Shown here one piece after another: positions 47,001 through 54,786 of a DNA stretch of 64,000 nucleotides. Both the position numbers and the translations under genes were made by a program. Numbering within the stretch: position 1 is the stretch's first letter; each line of letters begins with the position of its first letter. The stretch is from Chloroflexota bacterium (lineage in GTDB: Bacteria; Chloroflexota; Dehalococcoidia; JACPPT01), in assembly GCA_016190815.1 (NCBI GenBank), contig JACPPT010000058.1, positions 2,826-66,825 of the forward strand, given 5' to 3'. The notes under the pieces are model-generated. The model saw nothing but the letters and a program-made list of their open reading frames with translations. It searched no databases and had not been told where the DNA came from.

Positions 47001-47286
47001 GAAAGCGATAGTGTCTCTAGGGGGCTACTATGTTGCGCAAGAAGAGTACCAAAGCGGTGTAGCCTTATTGGAAAAGGCGTTGAGCATGGATCCCCTGGAA
47101 GAAACCCTGTGGTATGAAATGATACGCCTCCATGCCCTCCAGGGAGAGCTACCCGTGTCTCTGAAGCTGTATGAACAATACAGTCGCCTCGCGAGAAGGG
47201 AGCTTGAGACAGAGCCGTCGGAACAGATGAAGGCCTTGCGCAATCTTCTGGTGAGAGGAGACTTGGCGAAGCTCAGGGCAAGCTAA
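44041..47286 (+). CDS. Large transcriptional regulator: MalT-like STAND ATPase + TPR + C-terminal SARP (wHTH + BTAD) module
   Basis: N-terminal LVVVWAPAGYGKTTL P-loop with MalT-like context. Central TPR-like repeats. C-terminal DLDWRSKKAKEFFFYLL...LHRLRQAV (OmpR-type wHTH) followed by a BTAD-like LYAGPLLEEFDSEWV...DPLEETLWYEMIRLHALQG. Confidence 0.8.
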   Translation: MLKSAVLLPFLNKTVTPRGRKDTLRRQRLLDILGTVSERRLVVVWAPAGYGKTTLLVDFAKDSTAEVCWLTLNEEDQDPQAFLQYLIASLRARFPDFGFAAERYLCSEQLSEKDWTTAAGILLSEFHQDISKDVAIVLEDLHKLEDGRAISRLINLLIERAPSNMHFVISSRDFPQLPCLPSLLARREATLISREDLRFNPQETVALLSEGLGMVTSIENAMQLTARTEGWITGIILLATTSQDWTTGLYSSERISHQILFDYLVAEVLSRLPEDMQKFLLRTSVLSQIEEMFCASLLMDSKVGSYLEQLDEKGLFIQIRQGTPRVYVYHDLFRTFLEARFKSLDPVGYKELNLRVAELYEQKGDSEQAIEHRFKAGSYEMAAASIERVASDYLRAGRWIRLKEWLERLPNDIRTSRPALVLAEAQCLIRAGETSEALSSLTGLLRNPKAEESFDILSTALALKSSVLRLLGRLQAAREAAEEALTLATGHDGSASLVAEIHRQLGSIFASQGEFGRAKHHLEVALELTQGQPDHALSYLLHDALGTVLGETGDLSSALSHFEVARQGWSKLKNEGALAFTLNNTAMLYYEKGEVELALECADQAVAAAETANYTAARAYALVTRGRALRAQKKFKQAVDSFSNALELARQAQESRIVADALNGLGMSYSSIGNYHKAEVLLEQALAETERTGQRYSSGKFALSLGIVKAKQEKWEDASRYLEQACLFLDAEEAIRELAKAQLWQAYILYIERKGAQALLKLKGVAQLIEKLGYGGFMQEHVVEMPELIRYAAAKRVGGEHFIRLFEWLSYTPEKQGQAAASAGVESLRFPQVRASAFGTAKVAVEGHELSDLDWRSKKAKEFFFYLLCCRGMHRKEKLLADIWPELEPEKGHSTFHSNLHRLRQAVFPAVVVEQDGKYVINPGADIWFDLEEFNRSVDAAGKLPRGTEERASFLERSVNLYAGPLLEEFDSEWVAAIQRQTETKYLKAIVSLGGYYVAQEEYQSGVALLEKALSMDPLEETLWYEMIRLHALQGELPVSLKLYEQYSRLARRELETEPSEQMKALRNLLVRGDLAKLRAS

Positions 47287-47414
47287 AGTAAACTTCCTGA
47301 TATTGTGAGGGCTACACTACGTAGTCCTCTTTTGTTTATTTAGCTATGGCAAGCGTTTGGCGACCACCTTCTGCTTAGAATGACACTAACCTACAGCGAA
47401 GGAGGTGCAGCGCC

Positions 47415-47525
47415 ATGGATCGATTCAAGAAAACCTGGCATTGGTTGGCCCCCATCATAATCAGCGCAGCTCTAGTAGCGGCCACAGCCATTACGATCCT
47501 TGCGGACTGGGTATATCCGCCATAA
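47415..47525 (+). CDS. Possible 36-aa single-TM peptide (not in ORF track)
   Basis: MDRFKKTWHWLAPIIISAALVAATAITILADWVYPP, with GAAGGAGG 8 nt upstream of the ATG and a hairpin + T-tract downstream. Confidence 0.35.
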   Translation: MDRFKKTWHWLAPIIISAALVAATAITILADWVYPP

Positions 47526-47555
47526 CTGCCAGACGCAGGGAGCTACACGGAATAG

Positions 47556-47607
47556 TGGGGTGGCTCCAGAAGAGTATTTCTTTAGGCCACCCCAACTTTT
47601 TTATTTG
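47556..47607 (+). terminator. Candidate rho-independent terminator
   Basis: 9-bp stem TGGGGTGGC (47556-47564) / GCCACCCCA (47586-47594) with a 21-nt loop, followed by ACTTTTTTATTTG. Confidence 0.5.
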
Positions 47608-47616
47608 TGGTGAACT

Positions 47617-48213
47617 ATGAGGACACTGCCAGGTCTGAGAATCAGGTTCGGATGGATTATCGTAATTTCATTTACGATCTATTTAAGGGGAGTCTATTTT
47701 GTTCCTGCAAATGACGAGACTCTCAGGAGCATCGTTATTCTGTCCTCCATGACTATCCTCGCTTTCGGTGTGCTCTTCAACTTGCATCTCTGGGCCTTTA
47801 GATTCATGGCGATCGGCCTCTTGCTGAACCTCCTGGTAATGGCAAGCAACGGTGGCTTCATGCCTATTTCACCGGAAACCCTCAAGGAGATAGGTGTAGA
47901 ACAGGATGCGCAGGTTCTGGAAATGGGGAAAGTCAGGGAACATCCCAAAGTCATTCTGCTGCCTGTGGAGCAGACGAGAATGCCTCTGCTTTCTGATACG
48001 TTGATAATACCAGGAGTAAGAAACGCCTATAGTCCAGGAGACTTTTTCGTTATGGCGGGTGTCCTGGGGTTCATTTTTGAACTGTCGGCAAGTCTCTGGT
48101 CAACCCGAAAGCATTCCAAGGTAGAAAGAGGAGAGGAGATGCGCAATGCAACAGGAGATATCATCTCGGAGAGAGGGCACTGTACTGTGGGTGAATCCTA
48201 TGGATCTGAATGA
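47617..48213 (+). CDS. DUF5317-like membrane protein
   Basis: Polytopic, with LLVMASNGGFMPISPE (ANGGxMP motif) and a SPGDFFVMAGVLGF C-terminal block, as I recall for DUF5317. Confidence 0.5.
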   Translation: MRTLPGLRIRFGWIIVISFTIYLRGVYFVPANDETLRSIVILSSMTILAFGVLFNLHLWAFRFMAIGLLLNLLVMASNGGFMPISPETLKEIGVEQDAQVLEMGKVREHPKVILLPVEQTRMPLLSDTLIIPGVRNAYSPGDFFVMAGVLGFIFELSASLWSTRKHSKVERGEEMRNATGDIISERGHCTVGESYGSE

Positions 48214-48481
48214 AGCAAGTTACTGGGTGTTGCTGGACAGCCTTGCGAGGTCTGTAATTAAATGTGACCCTGAAAGGTCTCTGGATGGCGATGCAGTGGA
48301 TGTTCTTAAGAATTTAGGTTTGTCCGGCTCCTACGATCTCTTACGCAAGGACTATCAGGCTCTCCTGAAGGAGCTTGAGAATGCCCTGAGGCAGTTGAAA
48401 GAGCATGCTCTAAGTCCCGGCATGGTTGCGGCTCTGGGAATGACCTTAGCGAGGATCGAGCAGTACCTCGAAGGTAAATAA
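48200..48481 (+). CDS. Hypothetical helical protein upstream of the MEDS gene
   Basis: 93 aa from ATG 48200 (MDLNEASYWVLL...). Its stop is 1 nt before the MEDS start. No family recognised; start uncertain. Confidence 0.4.
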   Translation: MDLNEASYWVLLDSLARSVIKCDPERSLDGDAVDVLKNLGLSGSYDLLRKDYQALLKELENALRQLKEHALSPGMVAALGMTLARIEQYLEGK

Positions 48482-48482
48482 C

Positions 48483-49364
48483 ATGGGGCAGAACCTTGTT
48501 GAAGCCCTCCGCGACCTGAAGCTGGGAGACCACGTTTGCTCAATCTATGAAACCAAAGAGCAGATGGTGGGGATTGTGCCGTTTATCATGCAGGGTATCG
48601 AGAGAAGCGAGCGGTGCCTGTATATCGCAGATGAAAACTCAGTCGCGGAGGTGATGGAGGCCTTCGAAAGGCAAGGCGTCAACGTATCAGCGCTTATCAG
48701 GTCGGGCAGGCTCAGCATAATTACAAAGGTAGAGTCCTATATCAGGGAAGGTCACTTTGACCCTGATAAAATGATAAGCCTCATCCGTGACACCGCAGAG
48801 ACCGCTGTCCGTGAGGGGTACAAAGGGCTGTGTGCCACGGGTGAGATGACATGGTCCCTGGCCGGACACCAGGGCAGTGAGAAGCTCATCGAATATGAGG
48901 CCAAATTGAATTACTTCTTTCCTCAGTCTAGGGCTTTAGCTGTTTGCCAGTACAATGCAGATAAGTTCCCGGCTGAGACGCTAACGCAGATGCTAAAAGT
49001 CCATCCCCTGGTCATATACGGGGATTTTGTTTGTCGGAACTTCTACTACGTTCCACCTGACGAGTTCTTGCGGGAGGAGAAAGACCCCAAATATGAGCTC
49101 GATAGGTGTCTTCGTTATCTACAGGAGAGGGAAGGGCTGGAAAGAAAACTGAGAGAATATGTAGCCGATCTTGATCATAAGATTCGCGAGCTCAACGCGC
49201 TCAATGCGATGTTCACAAAACATCTCGCAGAGCACTTTGAGCTGCAACAGGCTTATGGCTCGATGATGGATAACATCAAGATGCTCACAGACATGATGGA
49301 GGCGGGTAAAAAAGAAACGGGGTTGAGTGAAGACATCCTGCATCCTCACACCGGCACGACATGA
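48483..49364 (+). CDS. MEDS-domain protein with C-terminal coiled coil
   Basis: GDHVCSIYETKEQMVGIVPFIMQGIERSERCLYIADE and ...ALAVCQYNADKF are typical MEDS blocks. The tail (REGLERKLREYVADLDHKIRELNALNAMF) looks coiled-coil. No HTH or kinase domain. Confidence 0.7.
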   Translation: MGQNLVEALRDLKLGDHVCSIYETKEQMVGIVPFIMQGIERSERCLYIADENSVAEVMEAFERQGVNVSALIRSGRLSIITKVESYIREGHFDPDKMISLIRDTAETAVREGYKGLCATGEMTWSLAGHQGSEKLIEYEAKLNYFFPQSRALAVCQYNADKFPAETLTQMLKVHPLVIYGDFVCRNFYYVPPDEFLREEKDPKYELDRCLRYLQEREGLERKLREYVADLDHKIRELNALNAMFTKHLAEHFELQQAYGSMMDNIKMLTDMMEAGKKETGLSEDILHPHTGTT

Positions 49365-49441
49365 GCACTCTCATATACTTCAGTCGGTATTCGCATCCCA
49401 CACGCTGCGGCTCTTTTTATTGTGTTCTCAGTAGTGCGATG

Positions 49442-50236
49442 CTAGGCAAGGGCTCGGCGTCTTCCTCCGTCCACCTGGATAGTCGCCCCCGTAACGTAGC
49501 TGGCACGCTCTGAGGCAAGAAATGCGATAACCTCGGCAACTTCCTCGGGTCGGCCTGGGCGTCCCATTGGGATACCCTTCTCGAACATATCGTTTCTCAC
49601 CTTCTCCAACGGACGCTTAAGCCTGGCTGCGTGAAACCGAAAGCTTTCCGCCAATATGTCTGTCTCGAAGATGCCGAGCAAGACGGAGTTGACGAGGATG
49701 TTCTCCCTTGCTAACTCAGTAGAAAGCCTCTTGGAAAATGCCAGAACGCCTACGCGAACCGTGCTGCTCAGTCCGCCATACTCAAGGGGTTGCACCGCTG
49801 CGACCGCCACAACGTTGACAATTCGACCCCAGCCTTGTTTGCGCATGTATGGGATGGCCTCGCGAGTAAGGCGAACCGCACTAAGCAGGTTTAACTCTAC
49901 CGCCTGATGCCACTGCTCTTCAGAATAATCAAGAAGAGGCCCGCGAGGCGAATCTCCTGTGTTATTGACTAGTATATCGATTCTACCAAACCTCTCCACA
50001 GTCTGCTGCACCAACCTTTTGATGTCTTCGTATTTTGCTAAATCCACTGCTACAGGGAGGACGTGTGAAGAAGTAGCAGATTCTATCTCTCTGGCTGAAG
50101 TGAAAAGCATGTCCTTGTTTCTAGCGCAAATGGCTACATTCACGCCCTCTCTGGCAAGAACCGATGCTGTTGCCTTGCCAATACCTTTACTGGAAGCGCT
50201 CACAATGGCAACCTTTCCTTTTAGCCCGAGATCCAT
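49442..50236 (-). CDS. SDR-family protein (FabG-like) with non-canonical active-site positions
   Basis: Cofactor motifs VSASSKGIGKA and NNTG are present. The region aligning to FabG NYAASKAG reads LSSTVRVG. Confidence 0.85.
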   Translation of the reverse strand: MDLGLKGKVAIVSASSKGIGKATASVLAREGVNVAICARNKDMLFTSAREIESATSSHVLPVAVDLAKYEDIKRLVQQTVERFGRIDILVNNTGDSPRGPLLDYSEEQWHQAVELNLLSAVRLTREAIPYMRKQGWGRIVNVVAVAAVQPLEYGGLSSTVRVGVLAFSKRLSTELARENILVNSVLLGIFETDILAESFRFHAARLKRPLEKVRNDMFEKGIPMGRPGRPEEVAEVIAFLASERASYVTGATIQVDGGRRRALA

Positions 50237-50476
50237 GTACGCCTCCTTATTGCTTACCAGGCACCTGAGCCAGTTAACTTTGTGGCTCCCCTAAATCGTT
50301 TCGCCTTTTCAGAAAGGCTTGAACATGAAAAAGTGAAACAACGGTCTATTTGCTGGCGAGAGTACTCCTGGTCGCTACACAGCATATAGCTTGGTCAAAT
50401 TATAATCAAAGGCGATGTTTTTTACGACAACCGTCAAGGGGACCGAAAACTCTCTGGTTCAGACGGGAAAAGTGTG

Positions 50477-51709
50477 CTAAATCACGCCCTCTTTTCTTAG
50501 TTGGGCGATCTCATCCCAGCTATAGCCGCCCACTCCTAAGAGCACTTCCTCTGTATGTTGTCCCAATTCAGGGGCAGGCGAACCCACTCCAGCAGGGGTT
50601 TTGGAGAACCTAACAGGAACCCCCACCGTCTTTATCTCGCCCAGAGTGGGGTGGTCAACTTCTACGACATATTCATTTTCCAATGCTTGCCTGTCAGTAG
50701 CCAGATCAAAAACACTGTTGACCGGACCATAAGCAAATCGCTCAAAGTCTCCCTCCGCGAAGCGTTTAAGCCATTCCTTCCTACTCTTGGTAATAAAAGC
50801 CTTGTCGAGAATAGGGATCAGATCCGCGTGGTTCTCTTCCCTTCCCTTCACGGTAGCAAACCTGGGGTCATCCACCAGTTTTCCCAAATTCAGTGCATTG
50901 CATATTGCACGCCACCATCGGTCGCTGTTTACCTCAGCTATCACGAGCCACTTACCGTCGGCGCACCGATAATAGTTATTTAGGGGATTTTCGCGATGTC
51001 TTCGAGAAAATCTAGTAAAAGGGTCTTTGATCCAAAGGGCACGGTTTACGTTTATCACCTGTAGGTGAATTGCAGTGCCGAATAACGATGTCTCAACCTC
51101 TTGACCGATGCCCCAGCGCTCTCTAGCTAACAATGCCGCAAGGATTGCATACACGCACATAGTGGCGCCTGCTTGGTCAAAAATGGCACCTGCCCCTTGT
51201 GTCCACCATGGCTCTTGGCTATCCCTATCTGCCAGTGCATCCATGAATCCAGTCCTGGCCTGGACTAGTCCATCCATCGCTCGACTCTCACTATCTGGCC
51301 CTCTGCTTCCGTAACCACCGTTATATGCATAGATAAGCTTTGAGTTGTACTTAGACAAGGTCTGATAATCTACGCTCAGCTTGGCTTGAAGGCTCTTGGG
51401 GAAGTTGGTAAAGAACACGTCAGACTTCTCCACCAGACGGTAGAGAACTTCTCTGCCCCTCTGTTTTTTGAGGTCCAGGACTATGCCTCTTTTGCTGCGG
51501 TTGACAGCTTCAAAATTCATTATCCTGTCGCCTGGCAGAATGTTGCTGTGGCCAAAGGAGCTGAGTATCCTCCGGAACTCGTCGCCATCGCCCGGCTTTT
51601 CTATCTTTATTACATCTGCTCCCAAATCGCCGAGCATATAACCTGCTCCAGCTCCATTGAGATGGACGGCCCACTCCAATACCCTTATGCCTTCAAGGGG
51701 CTGAACCAT
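50477..51709 (-). CDS. Family III (CaiB/BaiF) CoA-transferase
   Basis: 410 aa; VLEWAVHLNGAGAGYMLGDLGADVIKIE N-terminus; ends ...LRKEGVI like its paralogues. Confidence 0.85.
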   Translation of the reverse strand: MVQPLEGIRVLEWAVHLNGAGAGYMLGDLGADVIKIEKPGDGDEFRRILSSFGHSNILPGDRIMNFEAVNRSKRGIVLDLKKQRGREVLYRLVEKSDVFFTNFPKSLQAKLSVDYQTLSKYNSKLIYAYNGGYGSRGPDSESRAMDGLVQARTGFMDALADRDSQEPWWTQGAGAIFDQAGATMCVYAILAALLARERWGIGQEVETSLFGTAIHLQVINVNRALWIKDPFTRFSRRHRENPLNNYYRCADGKWLVIAEVNSDRWWRAICNALNLGKLVDDPRFATVKGREENHADLIPILDKAFITKSRKEWLKRFAEGDFERFAYGPVNSVFDLATDRQALENEYVVEVDHPTLGEIKTVGVPVRFSKTPAGVGSPAPELGQHTEEVLLGVGGYSWDEIAQLRKEGVI

Positions 51710-51733
51710 ACTTCTCCTCCAGAAACGGTTTGA

Positions 51734-52909
51734 CTAGGATGCTCTCTTTGCCAGACCCCTACATGCCTTTTCTCTTTCCACCCGCTGAGGACTTTGGATG
51801 ACTTCCTTCCAGGGGAAGAGGCATCCTTTATACGCCTTCGATCCCAGCTTGAAATGCTTGGCTTGTTCAAAGGTTTCAATAAATGGCAAATCCATAGGAT
51901 ACCATTTGTCTGGGCTTACAGGTCTTGGCCCTGCTTTAGAGATGTGCCCGAACGTCGTGTATCCTATGATCTTCTCAAGGAGCCAAACGCAATCGATGAT
52001 TCTGTCCAAGTCAACCCCTGTCTTGATGCCTATACCCTCCAACATGTGCATAAAATCTTCTGTGGGCATCATCCCGGTCGCACGGCCATCACCGCAGTAC
52101 GGGCAACCTCCTATTCCTCCAACGCTCCCGTCGAAGATCACTGTGTCCTCAGGTCCCAGCGTCTTCAGGGCAGCATAGGCAGACACGATGGCCATTCCTC
52201 TAGCATTATGAAGATGCAGATGAAATTCAGTGATTTCGGGCCACCTGGTTTTCACGGCCAAGAGCGTTTCTTCCACCTGGTTGGGGGTGTTCCAGGACAT
52301 GCCCTCATAGAGCGCACAGGCAACCACCTTGATCCCCGCCTCTTCCCAAAGCTGATGTTGCCGCTCCAGCCACTGCATTTGCTCTTCCAAACCGAACTCC
52401 CCAACCCAGTTGGAGCCCCAAGTGCTACCCAAACCGATGCGTGCCTCTTTGTCGCCCCTCTCCTTGGCTCTGGCTACGATCCCTGGCCAACTGGCTACTC
52501 CGTCTAGGTGACTCCTGTTTATGTTGCGCCTCGTGAAGACATCGCACATGGCGAACGCCGTGGTGGGCAGGAGCCTTGAGTCCTGCCCATATCCGAAATC
52601 CATGCTGGGAGGAAGAGTCAGAGGGGGTGAGTACTGTCTCGCCCTCTCCAAACCGCGCTGGTTTAGCAGGTGGGTGCTGTAGGTGACCCCGGGCTTGGGC
52701 TTGAACCGTTGCATCAACTCGTCCATACATGCCATCTGTGGTACCCAACGCGGGCTTACAAAACTTCCCACATCAATATGTTTCAGGCCCGTCTCACCAA
52801 GAGCGTCCAACAACCGCAGTTTGTCGTCCACCGAGATACTGGTTTCCTGAATCTGAAGCCCATCCCGCATGACCTCATCTACGTACTCGACCTTCGGATA
52901 CTTGCTCAT
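51734..52909 (-). CDS. HMG-CoA-lyase-like (DRE-TIM / pyruvate carboxyltransferase fold) protein
   Basis: EVMRDGLQ N-terminal motif and FHLHLHNARGMA metal-binding block. At 391 aa it is longer than classical HMG-CoA lyase. Confidence 0.8.
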   Translation of the reverse strand: MSKYPKVEYVDEVMRDGLQIQETSISVDDKLRLLDALGETGLKHIDVGSFVSPRWVPQMACMDELMQRFKPKPGVTYSTHLLNQRGLERARQYSPPLTLPPSMDFGYGQDSRLLPTTAFAMCDVFTRRNINRSHLDGVASWPGIVARAKERGDKEARIGLGSTWGSNWVGEFGLEEQMQWLERQHQLWEEAGIKVVACALYEGMSWNTPNQVEETLLAVKTRWPEITEFHLHLHNARGMAIVSAYAALKTLGPEDTVIFDGSVGGIGGCPYCGDGRATGMMPTEDFMHMLEGIGIKTGVDLDRIIDCVWLLEKIIGYTTFGHISKAGPRPVSPDKWYPMDLPFIETFEQAKHFKLGSKAYKGCLFPWKEVIQSPQRVEREKACRGLAKRAS

Positions 52910-52978
52910 TTCTCCACCTCTTGCTCTTTTTGTGCAGGCGATATCAGATATATAAGGGATGACTTACCATTACATCAC

Positions 52979-54130
52979 TTACTTCCCCCATACTCTGTTC
53001 CATCTATCGATAATGTCTGGCAGGTTCTTGACCAAAGCATCTCGATTTACATCCACTTTCTTTTCGTAATCCGAGGGTGTCCAAACTACAGGCTTTACCT
53101 TATCGCTTACCGATGCATCACTCCTGACTGGCCCCATGATTATTTTCTCTGCCACTGCATCCTGAACATCCCTGGATATCATGTGGTTCATCCATAGCTG
53201 GGCACATATAGGGTTGGCGGCATTCTTCGTGGCCTGCCAGCCCATATAGTCGGCACCAGTCCCTTCCTTTGGGATCACCATGGTTACAGGGGCCCCGCTC
53301 GCATAAAGCTGGGCGACCCTGGCTGAAGTTCCCACCCCTACCCATATGGAGCCTTCCTCAAGGAGCTTCTGCCACTCGGCCAAACCGGCAACAGCCAAAA
53401 CGTTGGGCTTCAGCTTTGTATCCATCCAATCGAAGGCTCGCCCGTAATCATTTTGGCTTCCCCCTAAGGCAGTGGCAACATGAAGAACCCACTCCTGCAT
53501 TGTAGTAGTTTGGATTGTAGCAAGGCCTACTTTACCTTTGTATACCGGGTTTGCCACGTCCAGCCAGGACTGAGGCATAGGCAGGTTATTCGCCTTGAGT
53601 TTATCATGGCGGACTCCCATCACAGCCCCTATTTGTATGACCCAAGGGATACCAACGTCATCCGGCTCTAAGAGCTTGGGAAGAACGGACTTTAAGTTAG
53701 TGAGAATCTCTCGGTTATTTTTCTGCAGGAGGCCCATCATTTTTGCTTCAAGGCTACCGGTAACATTCAGGTCTGTCGCATCCACTGTGGGTTTCCCGGC
53801 CTCTGCCTTTATCCGGGCTAATATGGCACTACTTATGCCGCCAAAGTAGGTGACCTTACACCCTGTATCTTTCTCGAACTTTGGTATCCACAAGTCTCGG
53901 GTGAGCTGTTCCCATATTCCCATGCCGTAAACAACCACTTGGCCCTCGCCCTTGATGGGGGTTGGTGTGGGTTTGGGTGTAGGGGTAGCTGTGGCTAGGG
54001 GCCTTGGTGTAGGTGTAGGCGTAGGCTTGGGTGTCGGTGTCGGAGTAGGCTGCGCGCAACCAATAAGAAACAGCATTAGCACTATCATGACGCTAAACCA
54101 CATCGTAGAGAATTTGCTTTTGCAAAACAT
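52979..54130 (-). CDS. ABC-type extracellular solute-binding lipoprotein (family 1) with Thr/Pro-rich linker
   Basis: Start at ATG 54130 (GAGGAGG SD). Lipobox LFLIGC, then (TP)n linker QPTPTPTPKPTPTPTPRPLATATPTPKPTPTP, then a PotD/AfuA-like SBP body. No permease or ATPase gene is adjacent. Confidence 0.75.
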   Translation of the reverse strand: MFCKSKFSTMWFSVMIVLMLFLIGCAQPTPTPTPKPTPTPTPRPLATATPTPKPTPTPIKGEGQVVVYGMGIWEQLTRDLWIPKFEKDTGCKVTYFGGISSAILARIKAEAGKPTVDATDLNVTGSLEAKMMGLLQKNNREILTNLKSVLPKLLEPDDVGIPWVIQIGAVMGVRHDKLKANNLPMPQSWLDVANPVYKGKVGLATIQTTTMQEWVLHVATALGGSQNDYGRAFDWMDTKLKPNVLAVAGLAEWQKLLEEGSIWVGVGTSARVAQLYASGAPVTMVIPKEGTGADYMGWQATKNAANPICAQLWMNHMISRDVQDAVAEKIIMGPVRSDASVSDKVKPVVWTPSDYEKKVDVNRDALVKNLPDIIDRWNRVWGK

Positions 54131-54266
54131 ATTGCCTCCTCTTTCAATATTCGTGCTCTTGGGTAGTTTGAGGCCATAAGTTAGCACAGAAAGCTGCTAT
54201 TGTCAACCATTTAGAGTACAAAACATAGATATTGCTAGCAAAAGATATAGCTTCCCGAATACGAGC

Positions 54267-54295
54267 TTGACAGCTAGACGTCAGGAGTATACAAT
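54267..54295 (+). promoter_or_regulatory. Candidate sigma70-type promoter (TTGACA-17-TACAAT) for the DUF4387 operon
   Basis: TTGACA at 54267-54272, a 17-nt spacer, TACAAT at 54290-54295, followed by repeated CTAATT boxes. Confidence 0.45.
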
Positions 54296-54455
54296 TCGCC
54301 CTGCTAATTAGTTATGGTTATCTAATTGGGGATGAGAGTCGGGAATTCATTTTGTCATTCAGGCAATTCATCTTCTAGTATGGCTTTATATCGTCTGGCG
54401 CATGAGTTGCGTACACTTTCAGATCGATTCCTGTTCGACGCTGAGGGGAGGGCCA

Positions 54456-54773
54456 ATGACACGCATTGTTGACCTTGCGGAGGTCATTAGGAGTCAGAGG
54501 GCAGGTATCTATTGTCACTCCATAGACATCGTCTTCCGCCACAGGCAAGATTACGAACGCGTCAAGGCCGGCGGAGCCGTAACGCAAGAGAGCATCGCTC
54601 GTCTCTATCATACCTCGGCAGAGAACATCCGCAGCCTTGAGTACTTCGACGCTGGAAAGGCCATCAAGATTGTCCTCCTTCGTCCCGGGGGAACGCCATC
54701 AGGAGGCCATCAGGAAACAGACGTTCTGGGTGTGTCTCAGTACCTGCCTTTAGAAGACCTCGACGTGCCCTGA
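54456..54773 (+). CDS. DUF4387-domain protein
   Basis: MTRIVDLAEVIRSQRAGIYCHSIDIVFRHRQDYERVK... matches my recollection of DUF4387 (L..A.vIRSKNAGP...D..F.....YerVk). Start moved to ATG 54456. Confidence 0.7.
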   Translation: MTRIVDLAEVIRSQRAGIYCHSIDIVFRHRQDYERVKAGGAVTQESIARLYHTSAENIRSLEYFDAGKAIKIVLLRPGGTPSGGHQETDVLGVSQYLPLEDLDVP

Positions 54774-54786
54774 AGTCAGGCCAGAG

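Noticed and set aside
51794-52507. 237-aa plus-strand ORF
   Set aside because: It is antisense to the HMG-CoA-lyase-like gene (RDGLQ and HLHLHN motifs on the minus strand).
53952-54179. 75-aa plus-strand ORF rich in GVGVGLGVGV repeats
   Set aside because: It is the antisense reading of the Thr/Pro linker of the solute-binding lipoprotein.
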